Source: Bdellovibrionota bacterium (GTDB lineage: Bacteria; Bdellovibrionota; FAC87; UBA2466; JACKAF01). From it: a stretch of 64,000 nucleotides of DNA. The stretch is taken from contig JAWKNY010000001.1 of assembly GCA_041391485.1 (NCBI GenBank), positions 5,877-69,876 on the forward strand. The letters run 5' to 3'. Under the pieces are notes generated by a model that had not been told where the DNA came from, made no database searches, and saw only the letters and a program-made list of their open reading frames with translations. The position numbers and the translations under genes were made by a program. This document shows, in pieces, positions 47,750-58,469 of the stretch; within the stretch, counting starts at the first letter, position 1, and the number at the start of each line of letters is the position of its first letter.

Positions 47750-48400
47750 AGAAGACAGCGTTCACCTTGCGGCGCGAACATCAGGTTGCCTTCCAAGAGC
47801 CTATCCTCGACTCAGTTGAGACCGATGCTACGGCTCAAGTCAAACTCCACCGGGCCTGAAATACATTTTGCATCGCCCACCTGACTGCCGCCCGAAGTCA
47901 CCTCTTCCCGCCCATCTGGATCTTGTCATCCCACTCTGTCAAGTTGGGTCCAATGGAAAAACCGATGTACGGGTGCGCCTTGGTATTTTGATTGTCTAAA
48001 AACCGATAGTAGATAGAGGCCAGCATTTGCAGCGAGTTCAAAGAGACGCTGCGGGTGATCTCCGTTCCGTTTTGTTGCTCCTTGATTCGCACATCCCAGT
48101 AGTTGTAGCCGACGTCCATGCCAAGAAATACCGGCGAACCGGGAGCGACTCGAAACGCAAAACCAACGCTTCCCCACTCCCATGTTGGCGCCGTCCACAC
48201 CTTCAGCACCGCAGCCACCGCCGGTAAAGCGCGACATCGACTCGCTAGCTTCGACGACGACCTGCGTGCGGCTGCGTACACGATCTTCACGGAAACAGCG
48301 CGGCATTAGAATTAATACTGAAAACAAGACAAAGAGCGCAGAAATCCCCCGCGCCGAAAACAACAGCATCGGCTCCCCCATAGTCGCAAACGTACCACTT
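47750..48400 (-). CDS. Outer-membrane beta-barrel protein, frameshifted
   Basis: Alternating strands VFLGMDVGYNYW, LQMLASIYYRF, HPYIGFSIGP. Confidence 0.5.
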
Positions 48401-48614
48401 TTAAAACCACTGCTCGCGGTTGGCGAGTGCAAAACCGCACCATGGCTCATTTGGGAAAAACTCAAGAATTCTCGGAGTGAATGAGGAGACCATCCCAAAG
48501 GGACAGTTTTGGCGTCGCCGCTGACAATAATTGTTGGGCGAGTTAAGAAAGGCTGTGGAGGTACTAGCAACGTTCCTCATCCACCACAGCTAAACGCTGT
48601 TTCTCTCTCTCTAT

Positions 48615-50070
48615 GATGAGTTCCTTCTCATCTGGCGCTTCTTCCATGAGTGTCAAAAGCTGTACTTCTCCGTGAGTCGTCTTAGCTGTCGCTACTTCCG
48701 TGAAACTATCTCTGATGTGCTCGTCCTTGATTCGTTCGTGCTGCCGTCTTGGTTAGCAAGTTCCAGGAATCGCCTCGAAGTACCTCCAAGATTGCGGGAA
48801 GATGGAGTTCTCCTCACAATTCTTGCCCCCATTACGCGACGCGCGTGGGGGAATCAAGTTCCCAAATGCTTTGAAATTCGATACGAACAACCTGTCATTA
48901 CAGCTCGAATATTTTTCCTCGTCTTTTTTGGTCGTCATGGTGGGAGTTCCGGTCTGGTGGTACACGAAGGCTGGCTTCGATCTAAGACCTTTCTTGTCCA
49001 AGGCGGCATGGTATTAAAAGACAGCAAGCCCGTCCCAATGGACCTGCGCCTGAAAAGGAACAGTTCTTGAGATGGGTAAACTCTCTCCCATCGGGGCGAA
49101 ACAATCGTTTCGGCGGCCGGGCAACTCCTCCTGCCCGGTTTCATTGAATCGGGACACGACCCGAAGTTTGATCTAAGCACGTCGAGGAGTCGCTGTCGTT
49201 TTGCCCGATAGAGCGCTTTCCAATCGGCCGCTGAACAAAAAGCGAAGTGAACGTCGGTTGGGTAGCGGATTTTTTGAAATTGAGAACGAGGTCTTAAAAC
49301 AAACCCCACCAAGCGCCCTTACCGCCGTCGCTCTGAATCAAGGCCTTGCCAAATAAATGCAGCTTGGGGCGATCGGCGTCTGCACTGATCTACAGGGCCT
49401 CAAACCTGAGACCGAGCAAGCCCTCAACTGGCTGGCCCCCTGAACTCAAGCAGCGCAACGGTTTGCTTTACAGGTGCGCCTTCAAGGTGGCGACAAGAGC
49501 CTCTGGGATGAGGCTCGAAACCGTCGTACAAATCGCAGAAAAAGCTCAGGTCCCCTACACTTCACCGATCTTCAGCTTAGCTCGGAAAAAGTCTGGAACC
49601 GCGCCAACCATTTGGTGGCACGTTTGGAGAAGGGACGAGCGGCCGGGCTTAACGTCAGCTTTGATTTCAATCCGTTGCTCCCGTTGCAACCCAATGATCT
49701 ACAGACTTTTATGAATGACCCAAGCGGCTTTATTTCTACGAGCTGGGTAATGGACGAAGAAACCTTGCAGCAGGAGCCTGAAGCCGTGGTGCCCCCTACC
49801 CTTCCACTCTCTCAATTGGTGGCGAAGCGCTCCGCGCTTGCGGCCGCCGCTTTCGGGCTGAAGGGCCGCGGCAAGTTGGAAAAAGGGGCCTTTGCGGATT
49901 TGGTTTTGATTAAACCAGGCGAGAGCATGGAGGCCCTTCGAAATCTGGATAAGTTCCAGCAGTCCATCTCGCAGGTGTGGGTGAATGGTCAGTTAGCCTT
50001 TGATGGAAAGATGCACGCGCCGGCCGGCCGACCGCTTTATGGTTCGCCGCCGTCTAATCTATCCGAGTAA
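48615..50070 (+). CDS. Amidohydrolase-fold (D-aminoacylase-like) protein, frameshifted, metal motif degenerate
   Basis: FLVQGGMVL...AAGQLLLPGFIESGHD and C-terminal GLKGRGKLEKGAFADLVLI...VWVNGQL; a TM segment precedes the domain. Confidence 0.6.
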
Positions 50071-51117
50071 GCGGACGCCGAGTCCGGTACCGCCGGTCAA
50101 AAGTAGTTCCCCGTTCTCAACGGTAAACCCTCCTTCAACCAGGTCTCGTCCCAAATCGAAGGAGCCGTCCAGATCCAGGAAACGCGTCGCCGAGCAAAAG
50201 CGTACGCCGTGTGCAAAGCCGCGGCGATACTGATCTTTCTCGTCCATGCAGCCCCATCAGTTCCACCCCATTGGCCGCAGCCACTTCGGCGATCGGCGGG
50301 CTTCAGAAGACGGGCCCCCGCATTTCATGAGTTTGATGTTAAAGATGCCACAAGCGGGCTCCGGCGAGACGAGTGCTTTGGCGTCGTCCGGGCTGAGTAG
50401 GCTCTCATCGGCCGCTATTTTTTTGCGGATATGCGCGGGGAGTCCACGCAGCGTTCCCGTTGCCGCCGCCAGCATCGGCTGCTCTACAAATTCGAACTGC
50501 GCCGCCTTGGCTCTCTCCCAAAAATCCACCACCTGCTTGGGATCGTATCCCTGGTTCATATCGAGCCGCATTCGGACACCGTTGCCCACGGCTTCCCGAA
50601 GCTTCAAAACCCGCTCGATGTCCAACTCCATGTCCTTGCCAAGCTTGACCTTCAAAACCTTAAACCCACGTCCGATGTATTCTTCGGCCTCGTCCAATGT
50701 TTCTTGGACGCCCTTGATGCCTATCGTAATCGACGTCGGAAGGCGCTCGTGCTTTCTCCCGAAATAATCGACCAAGGACTTGCCCGCTTCTTGGGCAATG
50801 AGATCGAAGAGTGCAATCTCAACCGCCGCGCGCGCCGCTGGCGTGGTACGAAACTCTTTCTGAAGGTGAGCCAGACTTTGTTCAAAGTTGGATGTCTTCA
50901 AAAACTCCAAACGCTCGGGCTTCAGCGCCAACTCGGTCGCTTCCAGACTCTCGCCCGTCACAAAGCGTTCGGGTGAGGCAGCCCCCAGTCCAATCCGAGC
51001 CCCGCTATGGAGCTTTATGATGAGGTTATCGACTTCAGATATTGTGCGAAAGGCAATGGTGTAGGGCCGCACCAAAGCGAAGGATTCTTTCCAAACCTCA
51101 AGACGATCAATTTTCAT
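50059..51117 (-). CDS. Dipeptide epimerase/enolase-superfamily racemase (AEE/DgcA-like); one frameshift at ~50265
   Basis: KVLKVKLG, RLDMNQG, EQP, DES, NIKLMKCGG, DLDG. Confidence 0.9.
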
Positions 51118-52177
51118 TGGCGTATTCCCGGCACAAGCCCACAAGCCGTTCTGACTCCGCAAACGGATCGAGCACGGGCACTCCCATCTCACGTTCTAGC
51201 TGCTGACGCACCTCTGCCGCTTCGTCTTTTGTTAGATGCTGAGGGTTGATGGAGATAGCCACCAGTCGAGATCCGTAGAGCCGGATCAGTTCTGCTTCCG
51301 TTTGAAGCTTGGGGTAAGCAAAGCCTTGCTTCTCATACCCCTCCAAAAACTTCCTTCCAGGGGCGTGCTGTAAAACAACGCCCTTGGCTTGACCCGAAAG
51401 GAGGAGTTCGGCTCCGCAGGGGCCCGACAGATTTTGCAGGGACGACTGTCCCTCCAGTACGATGAGCTCAGGCGAAAGATCCGCATCGCAGGAACTAATC
51501 GCGTGCTCCAGTTCACCACTGACAAAGTCATTGGGCACGCTGTCGAGGATAAAACCGTAATTGCCGCCCTGCATCCAACCCGTCTGGCCCGTATAAATCA
51601 TTTCGGTACGAAGGCCGGCTCCCCGACACGCTTCCACCAAGATGCGCGCTGTCGTTCTCTTCCCGATCGCACAGTCCATTCCCAGAACGGCCAGGCGAGG
51701 CGCCTTAACGTCGAAAATCTTACCCGACCAAAAATGAAGCTGGCTCCGCGGCTTGGGTTTGCGGATATCGATGATTTCCGCATCTGAGTTGCTGGCTGCT
51801 TCGAGAAAAACGGCCTCCTCGCCGAGGAAACGGTGCAAGCCATTCACAAGGGTGAGACCCGAACCCAGACTATCAAGGATGTCGGCCCGAAGCGCGTCCG
51901 GAAGCACCCCTCCGTGGGTCGCCACCCCGACGAGCGCGTACTTTGCCGGCCCAAGCGCTAGCGCTTGCTCCACGCTGGGAACGATGGGTACGGGCGACTC
52001 GGTACCGGCAAGAAATCGGGAGGCCGCTTCGCCGGCGTGATCGGAGTCCACCACCGCTTGGATCTGAAAGCGGGCCGAGTACCGCAAAAGGCCGTGGGCG
52101 GTTTTGGCGTTAATCGTATGTAGGGCCTTACTCGCGAGTACGATGGCGGGCCCCCCAATGGGTCTATTGTCTTGCAT
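51107..52177 (-). CDS. DUF1611 domain protein (DgcN-like)
   Basis: AKTAHGLLRY, LAVLGMDCAIGKRTT, TGQTGWMQG, VLEGQSSL, VVLQHAPGR; overlaps the epimerase start. Confidence 0.92.
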   Translation of the reverse strand: MQDNRPIGGPAIVLASKALHTINAKTAHGLLRYSARFQIQAVVDSDHAGEAASRFLAGTESPVPIVPSVEQALALGPAKYALVGVATHGGVLPDALRADILDSLGSGLTLVNGLHRFLGEEAVFLEAASNSDAEIIDIRKPKPRSQLHFWSGKIFDVKAPRLAVLGMDCAIGKRTTARILVEACRGAGLRTEMIYTGQTGWMQGGNYGFILDSVPNDFVSGELEHAISSCDADLSPELIVLEGQSSLQNLSGPCGAELLLSGQAKGVVLQHAPGRKFLEGYEKQGFAYPKLQTEAELIRLYGSRLVAISINPQHLTKDEAAEVRQQLEREMGVPVLDPFAESERLVGLCREYANEN

Positions 52178-52299
52178 CCCCCTAATCTGCGGCGGGGCCC
52201 CCCGGGAAGTCAAGGCGGGTTCGAAGGTATCCCTATGAAATCTAATTGGTTTTTGTGCCTGGCCTTATGCCGCCGCGATGTGTTATGAGTGTGTCCCTT

Positions 52300-53432
52300 A
52301 TGAAACGCCTCAGCCAAATCATTCTAATTCTTGGGTTCCTGGCTATTGAGCTGCAGGCGAGCACCACCCGCTTGTTCTGGGGAGTTGAGGAAAGCCTATG
52401 TGCCGCCACCGTCTCAGAGCAGGTCAGTGCCTTGAGCGCGCTCGAGCAGTACTACAAGTTACTGACCGAGGATTTCAAAATGTCGCCGGAAACGCGCATC
52501 GAAGCTTTCCGCCGCTTTAACCGCCTCCGCGACGCTGCCGCGAACGTCTCGGCTGGCCCCGAATTCGACGCCGACGATCTCTTTGAAACCATGCTGCGGG
52601 TGGAAGCCTACCGCGACCGCAAGGAGGCCGTACTCCGGCACTCTCAAATCGTTTTTGCGGAACTACGGGACGCGTTTCCCGATACCTACAATAATTCAAA
52701 GCCTCACGGGGATGCTGTTTGGAACGAGCTGCTTCGGCTAACGGACTCCGCTCCCAACGCCACCCACGTCATGCTCTTTGACGAACACGATCCGTACATT
52801 GTGTACGAAGCCCGGGACATGCGTTGGACGGCGGATCAAATCGCGATAGGTAAATTGATGGTGGCCCCACCGGAAATTCTACTTTGGGTTGAAACGCTTC
52901 ACGGTCTGATGGTTCTTGAACGCAGTGGCGTTATAGAAGAAAGCGGCGATGTCAGAAACCTCGAGACTCCGCTGGACCCACTCTTTACTCGATACCTTTG
53001 ACAAGGGATTTCGGGCCATCACTCACTCTAGGATGATGCAACAGATACTGCTGGATACCGGAGCGGAATTCGAAAACCTTCCTGAGCTACGCGAACTCGT
53101 GCTGAACCACCTCATTGGCAACGAAACTCCGGAGCTGCTGGAAGTGCAGCAACATTTCATTTCGCTTCTGCTCATTGAGGACACCCGCGCCACCAATTTG
53201 GATACGATTCAGCCCAAGTGGACGGAGACACTTGTCGCCCGCGACGCTTCGGTCCTTGAACGAGCCTCTCAAAGACTTCCCTCGCCTAGAGAGTGAGCTT
53301 CGCCGAGTCATCAAGGCGAGCCGCGCGCAGCTTTCAAAAACTCACCGCGGGGAACTTCCCAATATCTTCTGGACGGTCGAAGGCCTCAACTACGCCGAAA
53401 AGCGTATTGATGAAATCTTAGGCTCCAAATAA
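52300..53432 (+). CDS. Secreted helical hypothetical protein, two probable frameshifts (~2990s region at 52990 and ~53275)
   Basis: Signal peptide MKRLSQIILILGFLAIELQA; ORFs 52246-53001, 52949-53296 and 53115-53432 overlap and read as one protein. Confidence 0.55.
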
Positions 53433-53502
53433 GGCGCGACCTCAAGGACTGTCTACAACTTATACACCTGCCACTCCCCCCTACGAAAGCCGCCGTCCCA
53501 CC

Positions 53503-54222
53503 GTGCCCAAAAAAGGCGGACCGGTATTTGCTACAAAAAGGGGGACAATGGGACGATTAGATTTGCAACACACGCGCTGGAAGTGGAAACTCCACAAAAT
53601 GCGCTTTGAAGTATGGTGCGCGAAGCACCGATGGTTGGGCGCGCTTGGGCGTCTTTTTTCTCGCGTACTCCGTTTTGGTTTCACCGTGTTTTGCGCCGGT
53701 CTGGTCGCCGCCTGGTGGCACCCCGAACTCCAACGCATCAATAAGGCCCTCGTAGGTTTTGTAGAGACTTCCGTGCAGCTCGGCACAACCGTCGTGAGCG
53801 CGCTTCACGAAGAAAAGGACAGCTGGCTTTCGCTCGGATCACTGGGTTCATTGTCTGGTCTTACGGGCCCATCGGACAGCACGGTCTACCGAGAGCACTT
53901 GGAAAAAACTCTCTCCAAGTTGCGTCGGATTCAGTACTACCGCATGGTGAGAGTCGATTTGCCTGCGAACGTTTTAGAGTACCAGACGCAGGGTTCAAAA
54001 AAGATTTCAGCCAAGTCTTCAGGCTCTGTTTCTTTCATTGCTGTCTCCAAGGACCTGAGTACTTATCTCACGGAAAAGAACATCACCTTCATTGAGGCCA
54101 AACGTATTCCCAGTCGATTGATTGCGGGTACAACGGTGCCCCTGACCGAAAAGACCTTCAAACAGACTCTACTGATTCCAGATGTGACGGGCGAACGCGC
54201 CAGTGCGTTTAGGGTACGTTAA
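53503..54222 (+). CDS. Hypothetical membrane-anchored protein
   Basis: Intact ~230 aa with one TM (FGFTVFCAGLVAAWW); no family recognised. Confidence 0.6.
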   Translation: MPKKGGPVFATKRGTMGRLDLQHTRWKWKLHKMRFEVWCAKHRWLGALGRLFSRVLRFGFTVFCAGLVAAWWHPELQRINKALVGFVETSVQLGTTVVSALHEEKDSWLSLGSLGSLSGLTGPSDSTVYREHLEKTLSKLRRIQYYRMVRVDLPANVLEYQTQGSKKISAKSSGSVSFIAVSKDLSTYLTEKNITFIEAKRIPSRLIAGTTVPLTEKTFKQTLLIPDVTGERASAFRVR

Positions 54223-54796
54223 TCGCAGGCTTTTCCTCAGACGGGTACTCAATCACAGCCTCATCGGAACCGAGCGGCAAAGACAGCACGACTGAGTCGT
54301 TGCTACTCTGAGCGTTGCTCAGCTTTTTCGTAAACGAGGAGACTTTGGATCCAAGTGCCAGCTGAACTTCCTTCTTAACGGCCACCAAATCGGCCTCACC
54401 GTACTCGCGAGCCCCTTCAAGCTCTTTGATGTCCCCGGGATAGCTGACCGCCTTGTGAACGACCACCCCCCAGGCATTGCGATCCGCTTTCTGCGCGGGA
54501 GTACGAGAGCTTGAAACACCCAACAAACGGTTCGCTCTAAAGATATGGTGAAAGGATAGCTTCTCGATAATGCCGGTGGGTTTTTCGACTTCTATCTCAA
54601 CGACCTGCGTGGAAGAAAGCAGATCAAACGACCATGCCACCCCAAACTGCTCCAGGTACACCGGCTGAATGGAGAGTGAGGCCGGTGCCATCTTCACCTG
54701 TATTTCACGAGCCGGAATCGTCAGACGGAGTCGCCCCGTCGACGCGTAAGATATGGACCCCCAAGCAACCACGAGCAAGGCCAAGTACGTTTTCAT
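54209..54796 (-). CDS. Secreted hypothetical protein
   Basis: Signal peptide MKTYLALLVVAWGSISYA; GAGG RBS; 195 aa. Confidence 0.7.
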   Translation of the reverse strand: MKTYLALLVVAWGSISYASTGRLRLTIPAREIQVKMAPASLSIQPVYLEQFGVAWSFDLLSSTQVVEIEVEKPTGIIEKLSFHHIFRANRLLGVSSSRTPAQKADRNAWGVVVHKAVSYPGDIKELEGAREYGEADLVAVKKEVQLALGSKVSSFTKKLSNAQSSNDSVVLSLPLGSDEAVIEYPSEEKPAINVP

Positions 54797-54884
54797 GGTT
54801 AACCTCTATCCTGACGTCGGTATCAAACTAGAAAAAAAGGTGCAACCAGAGCCGGAACAAAGTGCGGCGCGATAAAAAGCGCCT

Positions 54885-56462
54885 CTACTGTGGCTCGGGT
54901 GGAGGGGAGACCTCCAAGGCCTCGAAAAGAGCGCGGATACAGCGCGCGAAGGGTTCGCCGCCCGCCGCGGGGTTCGCGTAGCGCGCCTCCAGAAGATCCC
55001 CAAAGACCTGGGGTCCAAATTGGCTGAGTGCATAGTGAGCCGCCGCGCGATCAAGCGCATCGGACCCTGGATTGTCGAGGACAGCCAACATGTCCACAGC
55101 GGACGCCTCGGTACCCGCATTCCAGCCGCGGCGCTGGACAACGAGGTGGTAAAGCACCGTCTGCGCTTCGCCGATCGCGGGAAGTTGCCAACTAAAAGCT
55201 TCAAATTCAGAACCGCTTAGAGAAGTCACAAGCCGGCGAAGCGCCGTCTCAATAGCATTGAGGTGAGGACTCGTGGGATGGGCCTCAATGTAGTTTTGCA
55301 TGGCCTCTAAAAAGGTGGCGACTCTATAATTCAGCAGGCTTCCCTCTTCCAAGAGGGAGTCCACGAGAGCTGTCAAAAGCCTATCGGCCCCAAGCTGCAA
55401 ACGCGGAAGTGAATGCAGCAAAAACTGATGAAACGCAAAGAGGAAGGTCGATTCCACGTCGACTTTGCGGTGCATGTGTTCAAAGGGATTGGACTCGGCG
55501 TCTCGCAGCCGGGCCGCCAGCGCATCGGCTGATTCGTTTAACCCAGCGACTGAATAGCTGACAAAAGCACTATCCCAAAGCTCAATGGACAGCGTTTTTA
55601 CAAGCACGTCGATAGAATCAGCATTTTCGATGAGCCACCGGGTTAGTTTGGGCTGAGAAACCTTGTCGCGCAAACGCAGGTGAAGGAGGCTGAGCACATG
55701 CTCCGCATCCTCGGGGAGGGCCCTTTCCAAGTACCGATCCAGATGTTTGGCCGCAAAACTTTCCTGCACGCTTTCGCGCGCACGCAAAACGTCCCGCTGT
55801 CGGTGCACCGCCAGTGTCGGATGGACACCTAGCGCTTCTATCTCTGCAAGGAACTTCGCCATCCAACGGCCGCGCATCTGGGGATCGCTGATATCTGACG
55901 CCTCCAGGCGCGCCTCAAGCTCCGCCAAACACTCGGCCTCGTAAACCGCAATCCAATAATCCAACAGGCGTTTTAGATTTTCGCTCTTAAATACCGTGTC
56001 CTTGCAGCTTTCATCACTCCAACGCTTATAGAGCTCGGCTAGCGCCTCCTGCCGGTCTTCCACGGGCAAGGAGGCGAACAAGGCCCGGTGGTTTACCTCG
56101 ATGAAGGCGTGTTGGGCCATTTCGCGAGCCAGCTTGAATTGAGCGGCGGTCGTTTCTCTAAAACCTGGATCCAAGCTTTGCGGCAACTGCGGCACTTCAG
56201 GCCGGCTCACCCCGGGCGGCAAAACGGCCAGCCCACCCGCCTCGGCCGTCGCGGCCTCATTGGCACTGAGTCGAGGCGTGCCGTCCTCAGTGGGCCCGGC
56301 GTACACCCGATGGAGAAACTCGAGGTAGTCCACGCTGTAGCGCGGTTGGGGAGAATGGGTCTCCAGCTTTTTTACCGCCGATTCGTATTCAGGAGGCAAA
56401 GCCTTCACCGAACCGGAAAAAAGACAGAAGAATAAGCCAATTATAAGCAACGAATTACGCAC
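54885..56462 (-). CDS. Secreted all-helical hypothetical protein
   Basis: Signal peptide MRNSLLIIGLFFCLFSGSVKA; intact 525 aa; HEAT-like end. Confidence 0.75.
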   Translation of the reverse strand: MRNSLLIIGLFFCLFSGSVKALPPEYESAVKKLETHSPQPRYSVDYLEFLHRVYAGPTEDGTPRLSANEAATAEAGGLAVLPPGVSRPEVPQLPQSLDPGFRETTAAQFKLAREMAQHAFIEVNHRALFASLPVEDRQEALAELYKRWSDESCKDTVFKSENLKRLLDYWIAVYEAECLAELEARLEASDISDPQMRGRWMAKFLAEIEALGVHPTLAVHRQRDVLRARESVQESFAAKHLDRYLERALPEDAEHVLSLLHLRLRDKVSQPKLTRWLIENADSIDVLVKTLSIELWDSAFVSYSVAGLNESADALAARLRDAESNPFEHMHRKVDVESTFLFAFHQFLLHSLPRLQLGADRLLTALVDSLLEEGSLLNYRVATFLEAMQNYIEAHPTSPHLNAIETALRRLVTSLSGSEFEAFSWQLPAIGEAQTVLYHLVVQRRGWNAGTEASAVDMLAVLDNPGSDALDRAAAHYALSQFGPQVFGDLLEARYANPAAGGEPFARCIRALFEALEVSPPPEPQ

Positions 56463-56600
56463 AGGTGCGACGGTGTAACATAGGCGGCCCCGAGGATCAA
56501 TCTCCGCAAGGCTTTAGCGGCCACCTCCAAAGTCCTTCAAATCACTTCACTAACCTCAAGGCCAGACGTAGACTTTCAGGAAGAAAAGTGAGGCACCGGC

Positions 56601-57860
56601 GTGGCTTGGGAAAAACTACGAGAGATCAACGAGAAGGCCGTTGAGATAGCAAAAGGGGTCAGCCTACTCAAACCTATCTCATGGCCGCCGCCCACCGAAG
56701 TGCAGTTCCTTTCAGCCTGGAGAGCCAAAAAGTCGGCCCTGCCCAAAATAGAATACCCACACATAGATAATAAGGAGACCATCGCCGCTCTGGAGACCCT
56801 AAAAGCCTCCTTCTCCCCTTCCCACCCGATGGAGGTTTACACGCAAAAGACGCTGGAGAGTTATATCCGTGCGGCTGAGATGGTCCAAGCGGTAAACACG
56901 CCCAAGCTTCAACAGCTTTCAGAGGAAATCTTTGGCAAACCGGGGAGCCTGATGCCCGGCTGCCAGCAAACGAGCGTAGAGGCCGCGACGAAACTGGTGG
57001 ATTTGGCGGCGCGCTTTCAGCACCCCTTTGTTTCCGAGCCCGATGTCTGCATCACAGCCGATCAAATCAAAGTCTTTCTGGATGGCCACACCGTCCCGCG
57101 GATGGGGACTCACGCCCCAGAGGTCCAGATCGTTTCCGAACTGGCGGCAAAAGCAACGGCGGGCGTACACCTCATTAAACTTCGCAGCGGCACCTGTTTC
57201 ACACGTTATGACTTTGATCAGTTGTACGTGCACGAGATCATGACCCACGCCCTTACGGGAATAAACGGGACCTTCCAACCGATTCTCAAGACGATGGGTC
57301 GGGGCGCTCCGCGTACGACGCTTACCCAAGAAGGCCTCGCTACCTTCGCTGAGGTGATCACCGGGGCGATTGATCTCGGGCGACTCAAACGCCTCGCCTT
57401 ACGTATTATCGCCATCGATCGCGCACTCAATGGGGCCAACTTCGTAGAGACCTTCGAGTATTTTCTTCTCAATGGGCAATCCGAAAAAGAAAGCTTTTGG
57501 TCAGCGGCGCGCATCTTCCGCGGCGGGCAGCCGAGCGGTAAGACGATTTTCACCAAAGACGGGGTCTATTTGGATGGACTCATCAAAGTACATTCGCTCT
57601 TTCAATGGGCATTGATGCACGATCGCATGGGCGTGCTGCATTTACTTTTTTGCGGGCGCGTTTCTATTGAGGATCTCTTTTTATTGGAAGGATCTCTCAC
57701 CGATGGAGTGGTCGCCGCCCCCCACTTCTTTCCGGACTGGTACGAGAAAATTGAAGGGCTCGCAGGATCTCTGACCTTTTCCCTTCTGACGAATGCGATT
57801 AACGCCGACAACCTCGATAGCTATTTCAGTGCCATGACGAGAGGCCTTAGCTCTCCTTAA
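56601..57860 (+). CDS. DUF1704/QEGLA-motif metallopeptidase (MATCAP-like)
   Basis: HEIMTH (HExxxH), TQEGLA, FTKDGVYLDG. Confidence 0.92.
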   Translation: MAWEKLREINEKAVEIAKGVSLLKPISWPPPTEVQFLSAWRAKKSALPKIEYPHIDNKETIAALETLKASFSPSHPMEVYTQKTLESYIRAAEMVQAVNTPKLQQLSEEIFGKPGSLMPGCQQTSVEAATKLVDLAARFQHPFVSEPDVCITADQIKVFLDGHTVPRMGTHAPEVQIVSELAAKATAGVHLIKLRSGTCFTRYDFDQLYVHEIMTHALTGINGTFQPILKTMGRGAPRTTLTQEGLATFAEVITGAIDLGRLKRLALRIIAIDRALNGANFVETFEYFLLNGQSEKESFWSAARIFRGGQPSGKTIFTKDGVYLDGLIKVHSLFQWALMHDRMGVLHLLFCGRVSIEDLFLLEGSLTDGVVAAPHFFPDWYEKIEGLAGSLTFSLLTNAINADNLDSYFSAMTRGLSSP

Positions 57861-58377
57861 TCACATGCGGAAAATCCGTGACCCCGACATCTACGCCCAT
57901 CTGGGTGAGCATCGTTGTGGTTTGTCCTCGGTGGTGCGTCTGGTGATTGAAAAAGTGGGCGACATACACCCAGTAAGAGTTTTCAAACGTGGTTCCGGCG
58001 AGGTTCTTATACCGGAATGGAGCCTCCAGAAGGGCTGGCGTAAGCGCCCCCGCAAACTCTACGATAAGAGCATCTAGCCGTTTGCGCACGGAAGTCAGCT
58101 CGTCAAAATCCGGGTAGATAGTTTGATCCAGCCTATCGATATCTGGGTAAGACGTAACGGCAGAAAGAATTTCGCGCAAGGGCGGGAGGACTTGAAACCG
58201 CCGCAACCAGATCAGATCCGCGACCATAATATGCTGTAAAGTGGCTTGCACCGAACCGAAGAAGGCCTTGCAGTCCCGAACCCTATTGTCGGGGGTGAGC
58301 TTTCCCGCTGCCTGATACAACTTGTGATTCATTCTTTGGTTGTAGTTAGCAAAGGCCTGAAACTGAAGGTGTTGCAT
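57847..58377 (-). CDS. DinB family protein
   Basis: YNQRMN, SVQATLQHIMVADLIWL, HFFNHQTHHRGQ. Confidence 0.93.
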   Translation of the reverse strand: MQHLQFQAFANYNQRMNHKLYQAAGKLTPDNRVRDCKAFFGSVQATLQHIMVADLIWLRRFQVLPPLREILSAVTSYPDIDRLDQTIYPDFDELTSVRKRLDALIVEFAGALTPALLEAPFRYKNLAGTTFENSYWVYVAHFFNHQTHHRGQTTTMLTQMGVDVGVTDFPHVIKES

Positions 58378-58469
58378 GGGTTCTCCTCGAGCAAAAGATC
58401 ATACCGGACGCCGAAGCCGTTTGCAGGGTAAATTTTCCCCCTCTATACTCAAACTTTTCGGAGGCCCTC

